From: Octopus bimaculoides
Lineage: Eukaryota
Length of the DNA: 64,000 bases
NCBI RefSeq assembly: GCF_001194135.2
Contig: NC_068998.1
Coordinates: 11,932,860-11,996,859, forward strand
Reading direction: 5' to 3'
This document shows positions 14,011 through 27,375 of this stretch, piece by piece. The position numbers were made by a program, and so were the translations under genes. Positions within the stretch are counted from its first letter, which is position 1, and each line of letters begins with the position of its first letter. A model generated the notes under the pieces. It saw nothing but the letters and a program-made list of their open reading frames with translations, made no database searches and was not told where the DNA came from.

Positions 14011-15034
14011 TACACTGTGATAAAATTATTTCCTTATACCACAAACAATATTTAAGTTTTCAGCTATCTATCAGGCTGTATACTTTCCATACAGCTTTTC
14101 TTTCGTCCACTGTATTCCGTAATAATATAGATATGACAGTGATGCTTTTTAAAAGAAAATAAAATCTATTTAAAATTAGAAATCAATGTCTGAGATTTAA
14201 ATACTCCTAATGTACTTTTATTTCATCATAAGGTATGAATAAACACAACTGAGCATTCAGCTAAAAACAAAAAAAGAAAGTAAAAGAAAAAAACAAACAC
14301 AATTATGAAAATTGTTAAGACATCTAAAATAGTAATGGACACAAGCAGATATTTTAGCATGGTTATATACTACCTTTTACACAAAGTTATCTTAATCTAC
14401 ATTATTTTATGCCATTGAAATCCACACAATTTGCAACATATACCTGTGAAATTACTCAAAGTAGTTAAGCAGACAATTTTGAATTAAACCAAAATCATTT
14501 TTTTGATGTCATAGATATGTCCTGTAGTTAAAAGTAAATATCTTTTTTTTTAATTTGGAGTATTTTGTAAAGTAATGTAACTACCCAACATGCAAAATGA
14601 TTATTTTAAAATTAATTTGACGATTGCTTTGGAGGAGGGAGAGAGGGAATATATTGTTCTTCAGTTATCTAAAATAACATTCAAGCATCATAATTTGAGC
14701 CCTCAAAGTTTGAAGAACCCGACTCAACATGGTAGTTTTACCACTGTGTGCTTGTTAACTAAGAGCTATGAACGCTTTAAAATTCAAAATTAACTCTTTT
14801 GATATTAGTCAGGTCTATGAAGCAAAATTTCAACATGTTCATATTTAAATTAAAACCAATGATAATTTTAGCAAGAACCTTTGCTTCGAAGTTGCATTTC
14901 AAAGACCAGTTTTTAATGTATCAATTCATGAGAAAAGAAATTTACTGAACCCTTACAAATTTACTCCTTTATTACTTTCAAAATTAACAGAAATACATTC
15001 ACAGTATTTCAATAAAATGATGGTCACAAAAGTG

Positions 15035-15081
<47 letters not shown>

Positions 15082-16204
15082 GCAGCACCCATGATATCTA
15101 ATTCATAAACTATTCATTTCTCAGAGACAACATAAGGACCAACTGACAATCTACCATTTGCTGTCTCAAGGAACAATCCTTTATTTACAGGGAAAAAAAA
15201 TAACAAATAATTCTGCAAAAGAAAATTTTTTAAAAAATTAATTCTGTAAAATAATGATGATGATAATGTCCATTACATATCCATGAGCAATTAGCAAAGT
15301 TTTAGTAACTTGAAAAGCTTTGCAGCTAATTACTATTTTGTTTTGACACGTAAAAGGCATCCACTATGGTCTTAAAGTGGTTGGCATTAGGAAGGGCATC
15401 CAGCCATAGAAACCAAGCCAAATCAGACTGGAGCCTGGTACAGCTTGCCAGTCTATCAGTTCCAGTCAAACTGTCTAACCCATGCCAGTGTGGAAAATGG
15501 ATGTTAAATGATTATGATAATGATGATGTTTTATTGCTTGTTCTGAAGAGATAGTACCCATGTCACTATTTTGGGGTCTTTGAAACTGGCTGCAGGAAAG
15601 ATAGAAGGGAGGAAAGTATTCATCCGCACATTGGAAACCTGGACTTAAATGTTTGCAACAGAACTGCTCCTCTGCTGAAAGTACCTCAGGATCAGATGAT
15701 AGTGTTAAACTGGGTCAAGTCCACAATACAAAAAGGCTCGGGGGGNNNNNNNNNNNNNNNNNNNNNNNNNNNNNNNNNNNNNNNNNNNNNNNNNNNNNNN
15801 NNNNNNNNNNNNNNNNNNNNNNNNNNNNNNNNNNNNNNNNNNNNNNNNNNNNNNNNNNNNNNNNNNNNNNNNNNNNNNNNNNNNNNNNNNNNNNNNNNNN
15901 NNNNNNNNNNNNNNNNNNNNNNNNNNNNNNNNNNNNNNNNNNNNNNNNNNNNNNNNNNNNNNNNNNNNNNNNNNNNNNNNNNNNNNNNNNNNNNNNNNNN
16001 NNNNNNNNNNNNNNNNNNNNNNNNNNNNNNNNNNNNNNNNNNNNNNNNNNNNNNNNNNNNNNNNNNNNNNNNNNNNNNNNNNNNNNNNNNNNNNNNNNNN
16101 NNNNNNNNNNNNNNNNNNNNNNNNNNNNNNNNNNNNNNNNNNNNNNNNNNNNNNNNNNNNNNNNNNNNNNNNNNNNNNNNNNNNNNNNNNNNNNNNNNNN
16201 NNNN

Positions 16205-16568
16205 GTAATTTATACGCATATATTGTTTATATAATAAATTACGCTGTGCGTATCTATGTGTGTAACAATTTTAGAGTTCGGATTCTAGAGTTAGTGTTAG
16301 GGTTAGGGTTAACAGTCTAGTTAGGGTTAGGGGATTAATACGATATACACCGTTACAGCGCTAACTGCTTTCAACTGAATAGACGTCAGTGATTAGTAGA
16401 AATTATCGAAATAAGACAATTTTTTACATGAAATAAATTCGAATACAAAAATTTTTTTCTGTTCTATAACACAAAATAGATAAGTATACGAAATTTGAAA
16501 GTCTTTCGGTACCAAAAACACTACATAAAACATAAATGAAAACTGGTGCCCCCGTTTTGAAATAGATC
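16205..16568. mobile_element. CpG-rich interspersed element containing TTAGGG units, running into an N gap
   Basis: gttagtgttagggttagggttaacagtctagttagggttagggga at about 16290-16333. It is CpG-rich, unlike the flanking intron. Class unknown. Confidence 0.4.
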
Positions 16569-17286
16569 CTAAAATAGAAAGTCATAAATATTCGTAAGTA
16601 TTTTTAAGTAAGAACGACAGTAGTTTTGATCTCTCTTTTGAAATTACTCTTACTGATAATCTAATTTGCTCATTAGCTTCAAATTTGAAAGAATTAATGA
16701 GCATTCTAACAGCCCAGCATTCTGTAACAAAAGGGAGCAAACCGAGCAAACAGTTTGAAGCAGCCCCCAGAGAAACTACAACAAATCTCATTCCACTTGT
16801 AAGCAGAATAAATTTTAATGGCCTGCATTTTATATGAGGTAAAGATAGCAAGCAAAATATATAAATGCCCTCTCCCGAAGGAATAGGGAAAAAAAATCTT
16901 GCTTTTCTTCATACCATAAAAAGTTTAAGCCCAAATCTTTACCCTACCTCTACCTTACGTCAAAGCAAATTTAGGTCAAGCTCCTATAATGCATTTCCCA
17001 ATTGGCTTAAACATTGCTAACATCAAATAAGTAGCCAATCAGTAAGTGTTTCATATGGCACAAAAAATTACCCCACCAACACCACACATATCTTTACGCT
17101 TTATCATTTCCTAGAAAGGGTAGTCTTAAGCACAAACAAACAGGAGTTGAATTATTTGGAAAATAATTCATCTATTTAATAACCATGAAACTCATTTCAT
17201 CTAATTAAATGGGAAGCAATGAAAATATATGGAAACACCAGTCTATGTATATGTGTGTGTGTGTATGTACATATATATATATATAT

Positions 17287-17383
17287 ATCATCATCATCGT
17301 TTAACGTCCGCTTTCCATGCTAGCATGGGTTGGACGATTTGACTGAGGACTGGTGAAACCGGATGGCAACACCAGGCTCCAAT
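17287..17383 (-). mobile_element. Truncated copy of the same retroposon 3' end, embedded in (TA)n
   Basis: Identical to 8644-8740 and flanked by TA dinucleotide runs on both sides. Confidence 0.7.
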
Positions 17384-20124
17384 ATATATATATATATATA
17401 CATGACAACCAACAATTCTTTCACTATAGGCACTAGGCCTGAAATTTAGGGGAAGAGGATTGTTGACTACATCAACCCATTGCTCAAGTGGTTCTAATGT
17501 AAGTACCGAAAGGATGAAAAGAAATGCTGACCTCGGTGGAATTTGAACTCAGAAAATAAGGCTGGAAAAAAGGTTGCAAAGCATTTTGTACAGTGTGCTA
17601 ATGATTCTGCCAGCTCACTGCCTTAACTATGTCAGATGATAATGATAAATCCTACAACTGCATCATTATTCATCTCCAGTGTTGTTGTGGACTTAACATC
17701 CCCTTCAAAATGTTTTTATTCATAAACATTTTTATAGAGCCTGTTTATTTATTTATACCTAGGGCCAGGTGTGGGCCATAGAGTTAAGAAGCTTGCTTCC
17801 CAACTATGTGGCCTTGAGTTCAGTCTTCTGCTACAGCTCTGGACTAATCAAAGCCTTGTGAGTGAATTTGGCAGACAGAAACTGCAAGAAGCCTGTTGTA
17901 TATGGGCATGCGTATGTGCACCGTTGCCATAACATCTTAGGACTGCTGTAAACAAACATTGCTTACATAAAAAACAATGTTGTTCAATTTCAGTCTTCTG
18001 TGAAAGCCCTGTCTGGCTATAGAGAAATACTAATTGATTTGGAAACAGGTAAAGAAACAAGAAGGGCATCCAGCCATAGAAAATCTGCCTCAACAAATTT
18101 CCTACAACCCATGCAAGCATGGAAACAGACATTAAAAAATGGTAATGATGAATAAATAAAGGTAAAAAGAATATGCTTCTCATACTTCATTAGGGAAGGA
18201 GCTCAGTGGAAAATAGTTTCGAAATGTCTTGTTCATCTTTTTAAGAAACTTAAAGCAAAGAAGAACAGTCGCATCTATCACCTTTTTGCAGCTCTTCCAA
18301 AATGGGTAGAAAGAGAATGAAGTTATCCTTAGACCATAGGACCTGGCCCAAATGCTCACATCAAAGTGGGCTCTGCTAAAGGCAACCAAGTGCTGTCAAA
18401 TTAAGCAATGGATCAAATACAACAGGCAAAAAAGGTTGCAAAAGTATACCTTTTTTTGTTTTTTTTTAAAATTTATAAAGAAGAATACATCAGCTGGAGA
18501 TCTTCACTGATAATGATCAATATGGACTATACCTGGTACTGAAAACATCTGTTTTAGCCTGACTTAACAGATTAACATAATCATAATATATCATTGCAGA
18601 GCATATACAAGTGTGTGAGAGTGTGGTGTGTAAAAGAGAGAGTGAGAAAGGGAACCCTCCCTCCACACACTCTTTTATAATACTACATAAACTCCTAGGC
18701 TGAAATAAATTTTACATTCATCTTACACATTATTCAAACATATAATTTTCTGGGATTTTTGTTGGTCTTTTTCTCTTGTGTAGATATGAAAATAATGGGA
18801 TATTGATTTTTTGCTTTTTTTTTGGTAAATCCAGAAACCTATTTTAGTCAAACACTAGGATCATGGTAGAGCCATGACAGCCTTTTAAGACACATATACC
18901 ATTATAATCATGTTCGTTGCATCTTTGATAAACTCCTAGATGTATAGCAAAACACACAGTCATATAATATACATTATTACAATATATGTATGTTTTAAGT
19001 GTCTATCATGTTTCTACCACAGTAAATATTGTTGCAGTTTCAATGTGCTATCACAAATTAAGTCATTTAGTCAAGATTCTAGAAAAAAAAAAGAACCTTT
19101 GCCTTAGAACTGAGTTAAGAAACTTTTTCTACTGCTTAATTAGGGAGGGAAGGGCAGATAATTTCAGAGCTCATTAACCCTTTTGTTACCATATTTATTT
19201 TGAGATGCTCAGTGTTTCTTTCAATTAATTTTAAATATAACAAAGAATTTAGTAAAATAACTTAGTTATCATTAAGCTGATGTTAGGAACAAAAATTGTG
19301 GCCAAGATTTGGTGGAAGATTTTCATTCAAAACTTATTAAATAGAGCCAGAATGTGGACAGCAGATATATTTCCCTTAACTGCAGAAAGCAATTTTACTG
19401 AATAGCTTTAAAAAAAAAACAGAAAGAAATCTCTCCTTACCCTGCAAGAAGCAGAGACAACCACCAGGGACACTTTTTACAAAATACAATTCTTCAAATT
19501 TTAATTTTTTTCACATATTTCACCAAATATCTCTTTACAAAAGTAAGATTCAAATACTTTTAATGGTGGATATGAAAACTGTATCAACAGGAGATGCTTG
19601 AAAAAGCACTGCAGAAGTAGAAAAATACCAATTTCTATTTTTAGGCAGATAATTAACATCATTACAGGAATGACCATGAAATTTAATTACAGTCAAAGAG
19701 TTAAAAAAGAAAATCTAACTCAAATGCTTGTAACAGAGAGAACTTCACTAAAAACACTCAAGATGGCAGTTGGTTTTGTTTAACTGGGAGGCAGATTACT
19801 TAATCTGCCTCCCTGAACACTCAATCAACCACCCAAGAACACAGAATGCAAAGAACCAGAACAAATACCACAAGGCATCCTGTCAGTTGTGCTAACAATA
19901 TTGTCAATCCATGACCCTAAAAGGATAAAAAGCAAAGTTTGAGCCTGGCAAGATTTGAACTTGAAGCACAGATAACTCAAGCTATTTTATACTACCCTCT
20001 CAAGACTTGCAAATTATTACTCCCTTAAACTGAAAGATTAAGGACCTGTGGCACCAGTATTCTAGCTAATACCATAGTAATGGGGGGGNNNNNNNNNNNN
20101 NNNNNNNNNNNNNNNNNNGATTTG

Positions 20125-20400
20125 GGAGTATTTTTTCTAATTAATTGTGCACAAGGGACAAAGTGGAAATATGTTGAAAGAAAAATTAGGTATAAGAAGC
20201 ATCAGGTATAGTGTGCAAGAGAAAAGACAAAGCTGGTATGGCCATATGATGTGTATGGACACTAAGTGCTGGTTGCTAAATAGATATGGAACTTACAAAA
20301 GATGGAGACCCATGAAGACATGGGATGAAGTTCCAAGATGATTAGCAATTTGCTGTGCTCAAGAAAACTCATCCACCTCAGCAGAAAATGAAGTCCTAAA
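20125..20400 (+). mobile_element. RTE LINE 3' fragment
   Basis: LKEKLGIRSIRYSVQEKRQSWYGHMMCMD...RWRPMKTWDEV resembles RTE RLRWYGHVMRM...GRPRKTWDEVV. Confidence 0.75.
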
Positions 20401-21685
20401 GGCATATCATTAATGTCTATATGCTCATATGCAATCTGTACATGTAAAACCTTCTCTACAACATCTTTATAACAGCAGTCCCTTCTTACGCCATTCAACC
20501 CTTAACAACACTATTTCCTCCACTGCCGTAAGTATATGAGAGTAGAACACTGTACATATTCCATACTTGCTTTTGATGCTTACCAATTATCCATTTCCTT
20601 GGAACAACTTCCCTTGGCATCCACTCCACATTCTCATCAATCATCCTTTACCATGTTATTGTCTACCAAATGCCCTTTTTTCCCGAACACCCTCGGGTGT
20701 ATGCCATCATATCCTACCTGCCTACCTATTCTGTCACAATGTCCACCACCATGTGACTGACCTATATCACTGAACATCTCTTTCTCAACTACATTTCACA
20801 TCTATCTACAATTTTATTATACTGTTGCTCTCCACCACTCATCTGTCTGTCACTCTCCCTACACACTATTGCAAACCAACCAACCTACCCACTCAGCTAT
20901 TCTCAATTCTATCCTTACTCCTCTCTCTACTCACCCTTTTTTATTTTGAGAATATGTCCCGACACCTCAATTCCACTCACCACCCTCCTTCTGAGGTAGC
21001 TAGGTATCTACTCTACAGCAAGGAGATATATTTGTCCCTCAGGCATACTTTAGCCTCTCAACACTTAGCATAAAGCCATCTCTCTCAGTAGTGAATCCCC
21101 ACTGTGTGTTGCAACTTAGTTGGCGACAGCGCTAGTACCAGTATCATGACAAAAGCACACAGTAAACTCTGTAGAGTGATTGGCATTAGGAAGGGCATCT
21201 AGCTGTAAAAACCATCCCAAAACAGACACTGGAGCTCAATGCAATCCTGCCTTGTCAGATCCTATTGGAGTACTGACGTTAAATGATGGTTTGCTTTCAG
21301 TTGTCTAAGCCTCCACCTCTTTTACAGATACTACACTGACCACTGACTTTAGACATCTACCTACATCTAAGAGCAAATCCCAAATCTTTTCAAAAAGACT
21401 AGGTTACTTAGAACAATTTGAATGACTTTGTTAATGTTTAGATGTACACAAAATTCCAAGATTCATTATCATTTTTATGTCAATTTTTGCATGCCAACAT
21501 ACAAAAATGAGCACGTCTTGAAATGTCTTGCCCTCGTTATCTAACACACACACACACAGCCATAGAGAAAAATAGTCAACATTATAGCCATGTATATCTT
21601 ACAGTGTGCACTAAGTGAATTTTATCATGCCACCAAGACTGACTGCAGCTAGTCTTAAAAGTTCTTTCAATCTCATAAATATCAT

Positions 21686-21850
21686 AGGTACAGGCATGGC
21701 TGTGTGGTTAAGAAGCTTGCGTCTTAAACATGTTATCTCGGGGTCAGTCCCACTGCATGCATCTTGGGCAAGTGTCTACCATTAAAGCCCCAGGTTGACC
21801 AAAGCCTTACAAGCGGATTTAGAAGACAGAAACTGAAAGAAGCCCATCAT
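21686..21850 (+). mobile_element. tRNA-derived SINE (ggctgtgtggttaagaagcttgc family)
   Basis: ggcatggctgtgtggttaagaagcttgc...cttgggcaagtgtc...ccaaagcc...gaaactgaaagaagccc. Related copies are at about 17760-17900, 43860-44000, 53838-53885 and 63580-63735. Confidence 0.7.
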
Positions 21851-21972
21851 ATATGTATATGTGTGCATGTGTTTATGTCTGTATGTACCTTTGTTTTGAC
21901 ATCATGTGATGATTGTAAATGAGCATCATCATCATACAAAAGATGTTCGTTTCCTACCTTCTTATGGTGAAA

Positions 21973-22012
<40 letters not shown>

Positions 22013-25000
22013 TTATGTATGTAGGGAAGGGTTGGCAACAGGAAGAGCATCAAACTATAGAGAATCTACCTCAACAAATTCCACCGGACCCACACAAATA
22101 TGGAAAAGAGGATGTTAAATGATGAGGATGCCTGTCTTCACCAGGCTAATGTTTTAGATGGCATGTAGGAATTTTTTAAACAAAAAGAATCCTTGCTATC
22201 ATAAGAGGCAGCTCATGTTTGCACCCCACAACAAAATCAAATAGCTGTGTTTCCCACATTTCTCACTGATGTGTTGGACACAATTATTTGCATGGAATTA
22301 CTGGCAATTCCACTTTCATATACCTGCATATCATATCATTCTCTTTTGCTTTACTTATCTCAAAGCTATCTTCTGAGGGAAGGTCCTTATTTTACTGAAT
22401 TTAGTCAAGTGTGTCACTATGGAATGAGACAATTTGGCATAGCTGACTAGTCAATCAGCATGCTTTGGTGACAGTACTTTTTGGTGCTGTTAGCAGATAC
22501 ACATGTACAGAAATTCACAAATAGAGAAGAAAAACAAATGTGAGAGAAAGCAAAAGACATTAAAATTTATGAATTGAACATGAACGACAAACACTTTCCA
22601 TCTCCTCATACACATGAAGAGAAAGGGAAAGAAAAGGAGAGAGAGAACAGAAACATCAAAACATCTTAGCAATGCCAAATAGGTTTGTGCCAAAATGGCT
22701 GTGCCAAAACGTCTCAGACCTGTGTAACTAGTACATATTTTATCAACTTCAGTAAGACTTGAACTCAGAACCAACTAAATAGTATAAAACAGTTAGCTTG
22801 GGTATTCTACTACTGTTTCTATTTTATCATCAGCATTAACAAAAAATGAAAAACAAATCTAAAACATTGAACAAATATTAAGAGAATAAGAGTTGAGAGT
22901 AAAGATCTTTAACATGTTTTAATAATAATGAATTATTAACCTTTATCCTATTAGCACAAAACAGCTGTTGTATACAGTCTGCAATGATTTTGAGAACATT
23001 AGTTTCCACTTAAAATGTATGGCAGTATTTTAACAAAACATAAAAAGATGAAAGTTATGTATTTTAACTATAGCATATCAATGAAGAAAAAATATAAAGC
23101 AAAAATATTTATCTAAGTATAGTTTCAAAATATAGATAAGCTGACCTCAAGGTTGAGTAAGACATATGATGAGGATCAGATATGAACAATTTAACATGCC
23201 CAAGAAAACAGCTTAGACAGAAAAAATGCAAAGCATCCTTAATTTATACAATGTAACCTATATTCTCATTTGAAATTTCCTATAAAATCTAGTAGCCACC
23301 GTCTTTAGCCCTTCATTAAATATAAACACTTCAGAAACATGTTAGAAATATACTTCATCCATATCATAGGATACTAATAAACAGAAATCTTAAATGAAAT
23401 ATTTAAATTTAAAGAAAAAAAAAATAGTAATAATGAAATATAAAGAGATTCTATTATAAATTAACTTTGTGAATTTAATAACTGACATCATGTTTTCCTA
23501 CCTAATACCGATAAAGTGATAGTGGAGGTGTAGGATTCAGAAGTTAATGCTGCAATTAAAAGCACTGAGAACCAAGAACAGAGAGCAATGCCTATGCTAT
23601 GATGGTACTGCACATACAGAGGATTAACAAGAGAGGAGTGGGTGAAAATGTTTAGCTTAATTTCAATCTTCTGGAATTTTCTAGACAGGCACACACTATG
23701 CATGTGTTATTTATAAATCCATTCTTATAGTTTCCCCCCTCCTTATCAAAAACACATCTACTATATTTTGAAGGTACCTGTTTAATGAAAAAGAAATCAC
23801 ACACACACAAAAAAAAAAAATTCCTATTTCTTAAATCAGAGTGGCTAATTCATTCCTTATTCATTCACTGAAGCAATTATCAGTCAGTAATTTACTATGT
23901 AAATGCCAATATTGTCTCCAAATATCAGCACAACTATTCAAGTGGAATTATTTAATTCATATTCAGCTCCCAGTTACAGCTATTTCACTAATAATGTTCT
24001 TGCAAAACAGAATGAACATCACAATTCAACATGCAATGCTCTGAAATCAATAGGGCTGAACGTTACTGATACCCTTAATATCAAAACAAAACAACTGTTT
24101 ACCACACTACTACAAGGGATAAATATTTACCCTTATTAGTAAAAAAATAAAAAGGGAAGGGGTATAATTAAAACAAATTTTTTTTAATATAAAATTTAAT
24201 TTTAAAAACTCCAAATTATTTAACCCATTCAATTCAAAGGAAACTTTTTGGAAAAACCTATTTTTCTGATTTTCACCTGCTACAGACCAATAATATAATC
24301 TATAAAAATATCATCAAAACACAGTATCAATAATATATAAACAGTGTTACAGAAGTATTTATCATATTATTAACACTGTGCATTGACTGTTTTGATGTCA
24401 TTTTTTTTTTTATAGATTTTTCAAATGAACTATGTTCAAAAAAGTTTTTCTGAAACATTTGGCAAAAAATAATGGTAGAATTCTAATACAGTATAATGAA
24501 TAAATGACTACCTGGAATGAGATGCTCCTTGCCCTTCCATCTCTTTGGTACTCATTCAGAAATCCTAATAAAAAGAAGAAATGAAAAGGAATGAGTGAAT
24601 TGGATTCAATTACCAAACAGTCAAAACTTAATACAGATTTCTGTTGAGATAATTTTCTATGAAGATTAACAGTCATCATTGTATGTAATCAGTTTTATTT
24701 TTTATAATATTTAAGCATATAAATGTATACCAGCAAGGTATCATGTATACAGATGGGGTACCACACACACATTTATACACACATATAGTAAACAATACTT
24801 TATGCACATACATATTCTTAGTTATCAGTGTATGTGTATACATATCTATACACACACACACACACACTTCAGGCTTTTTTTATATACATATAATTTAATC
24901 GATTTTTCATGATTAAAATAAATTAAGTATTTTAAAATGAACAGATTTTAAGGAATATCAAACTCATTTTAAGCCAGACTTAAAAATATCTTCTGAGAAC

Positions 25001-26509
25001 ATGGGGAGGTATAAATTTAATAATATTTTACTTAAGGAAAAGAAAAAACCTAAAAAACTGGTATCTACAATGTCTTACACTTGTAAACAACAATAGTAAA
25101 CTTTTAATTTATATTAACCAAGATATCTAAAGATCATTCGTCCAACTTGCAACCCCCTTAAGAATGGGGTCAATTATAACCATTCTACATTCCATTTGCA
25201 AGCATTTCGTAGATTCTATGATCTTATTTAGACAATTACACTAATTTCAACCCAAGAGATTTTTTTTTCTAACTATAAAATACATTGCCTTTATTTAGAT
25301 TCAAATACAATAAAATTTTCAGTTGCCTTAATCTACAGTGATGAAACTTTCTTGTGTTCTTGCAAATTATCTCAAATTATATATCATATTAAATATTTGA
25401 AAGACCAAAATACTCAGCTTGGTGAGAAAGACTTAATAAATTATATTATCAAGAGGCTGGAGAAAATGGGGTGCTGCTTATGAAATAATTAGTATTAGTA
25501 ATATAAAGTAAACAAGACACTAAGCTTTATAACATTTAATTATCATTTCTAATTTGTTGATGAAAGACTTTTAAGTGTTCTACTTTTGGTATTAATAGAA
25601 CTAGGCAGCAGAAGGATTTTTTTTTTTCAGGCATGGTACTTGTGTACTTGTTCCAGTTAGTTATCAACTATATCACAATCGCAACTCTATATATCTATCC
25701 AAAGGAACAAATTTTTACAACTTGTTCACAGCTTTATATTTAACCAAGAATAAACACACAAACACACACACAAATACACATCAGGTAAACTTTATAACAT
25801 GATATTTTACAGATAAATACTTGAGACAGACAAGACTATTTTTTTTCAATAAGAAACAGAAATAATGGAAAATACAGATAATGATAAATTTTTTTTTTTC
25901 GTTTTTACTTTGTACGAGACGATTTCGTATAAGATTAATTATAGATTCGTCGAATTTAAAAAACAAACAAACAGTATTTAAGGTAATGAATTAAACTTGT
26001 GAGTATGGTGATGTAGGTTTGGATGAAAAGACAAGTGAAATATGAACAATAACTAACATAAAAGTAGATATGACAAAATGTTTCTACCATCTTAATGAAG
26101 ATAAACAGCTTCAAAATTGATATGCTAAACAATGGATATAAACAGAAAACATTGTGGACGACGAAATTAAAGATCGCAGGTTGGTGTGTAATAAAAGAAG
26201 AAAAAACCCTCGTTCTTAAGATGAATCTGTATAAATTATAGAGGAAAGCAAATTTAGATTAGAGACAAAGTGTTGTTTTATGACAGTAAAATAGCCAAGT
26301 TGAACAACGATGGTGTGTGGAGATAGATAGACTGAATGGCTGAAACTAATGTGATAGTTAACCATGAAGGTAGGGAAAGTGGGGCAGCAGCTTATTGTGG
26401 TGGTGATGATGGTGGTGGCTTTAGTGTAGGAGGAGGACTTAGTTACGACTGCTTTCCTTCCTGCCTCAATTTATTCGTTGACTTTTCGCAGGCTTCTCAG
26501 ATTCCCCCA

Positions 26510-26573
26510 AACATGGCGGCACTGCTAACATTTCTCTGCTGCTCTGGCTCACACCACCAGCCACACTTTTATA
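26510..26573 (-). promoter_or_regulatory. Candidate core promoter: TATA box plus YY1-type motif
   Basis: Minus strand has TATAAAA at 26573-26567 and GCCGCCATGTT (YY1 consensus CCGCCATNTT) at 26520-26510, at the edge of the CpG-retaining region. Further AANATGGCG motifs occur at 26939-26947 and 30738-30746. Confidence 0.45.
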
Positions 26574-26658
26574 CCTATCTTACACACACGATTTCAATAA
26601 GAGAACAGTCAAACACTAATCGAACCAAAACACAACAGAGACGAAAATGTATGCTTAC

Positions 26659-26675
26659 GTGCAAGTTGCAAGCAT
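26659..26675 (-). CDS. Candidate first coding exon B of the E-protein gene
   Basis: ATG CTT GCA ACT TGC AC|GTAAGC: 17 nt, phase 2, in frame with the AD1 exon (MLATCT-PGQF...). It is short enough to arise by chance. Confidence 0.3.
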
Positions 26676-27338
26676 TTACTTTTTTTTAAACACAAAAACA
26701 CCAAGTAGATATGATATACATTTCTTCTTTTTTTTTTCAAGTTCGCAAAATCGATGATAATAATTTACAAATATATATTACACAGAGCCACATACATAAT
26801 GCAGAATTGTTGCAAATGCCACAAAAGTTGATAGATTTATGACCTAAGCATAAAAAAACGAGTGTGAAAGACGAAGTAAGTGAGGAAAAAGCTGAAATTG
26901 TTAAGGGTGAGAGACGTTTTATGTGGAAGAGCAACAAAAAGATGGCGTGCTTAAGACAACCTGGAAGAGATCCACGCTAGAACTAGGTTACAACCAGATT
27001 GTAATCAAACCCCGCAACAAAAAATTATTACTAAAACGAAATCCCTAAGGATTTTTTTCCCCCCCTATACAAAGAAAGGATTATTTGCTCAGATAAAAAT
27101 AAATGAATAAAGCACTTGTGGTTTGGTGTTGTATCGTAAAAAAAAGAAGTGAACTTTCAACAATTTAAGAAATGTTATAAAACAAAGAAATCCACAACAA
27201 ACGATAAGATCCTCTGTATGTGTGTGTGTATGTGCGTGTGTATATATTATATATATACATTATATATACATTATATATTATATATATACATATATATATA
27301 TATATATGTATGTATGTATGTATGTATANNNNNNNNNN

Positions 27339-27375
<37 letters not shown>

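Noticed and set aside
18533-18548. Minus-strand AG|ATGTTTTCAGTACCAG|GT (MFSVP), resembling the MFSPP that follows LDFSA
   Set aside because: It lies upstream of the AD1 exon in transcript order and has no polypyrimidine tract; treated as coincidence.
19436-19475. Minus-strand cttcttgcAG-G-GTAAGG
   Set aside because: AG and GT are separated by one base, so it is not a recursive site; the alternative 32-nt exon would break the frame.
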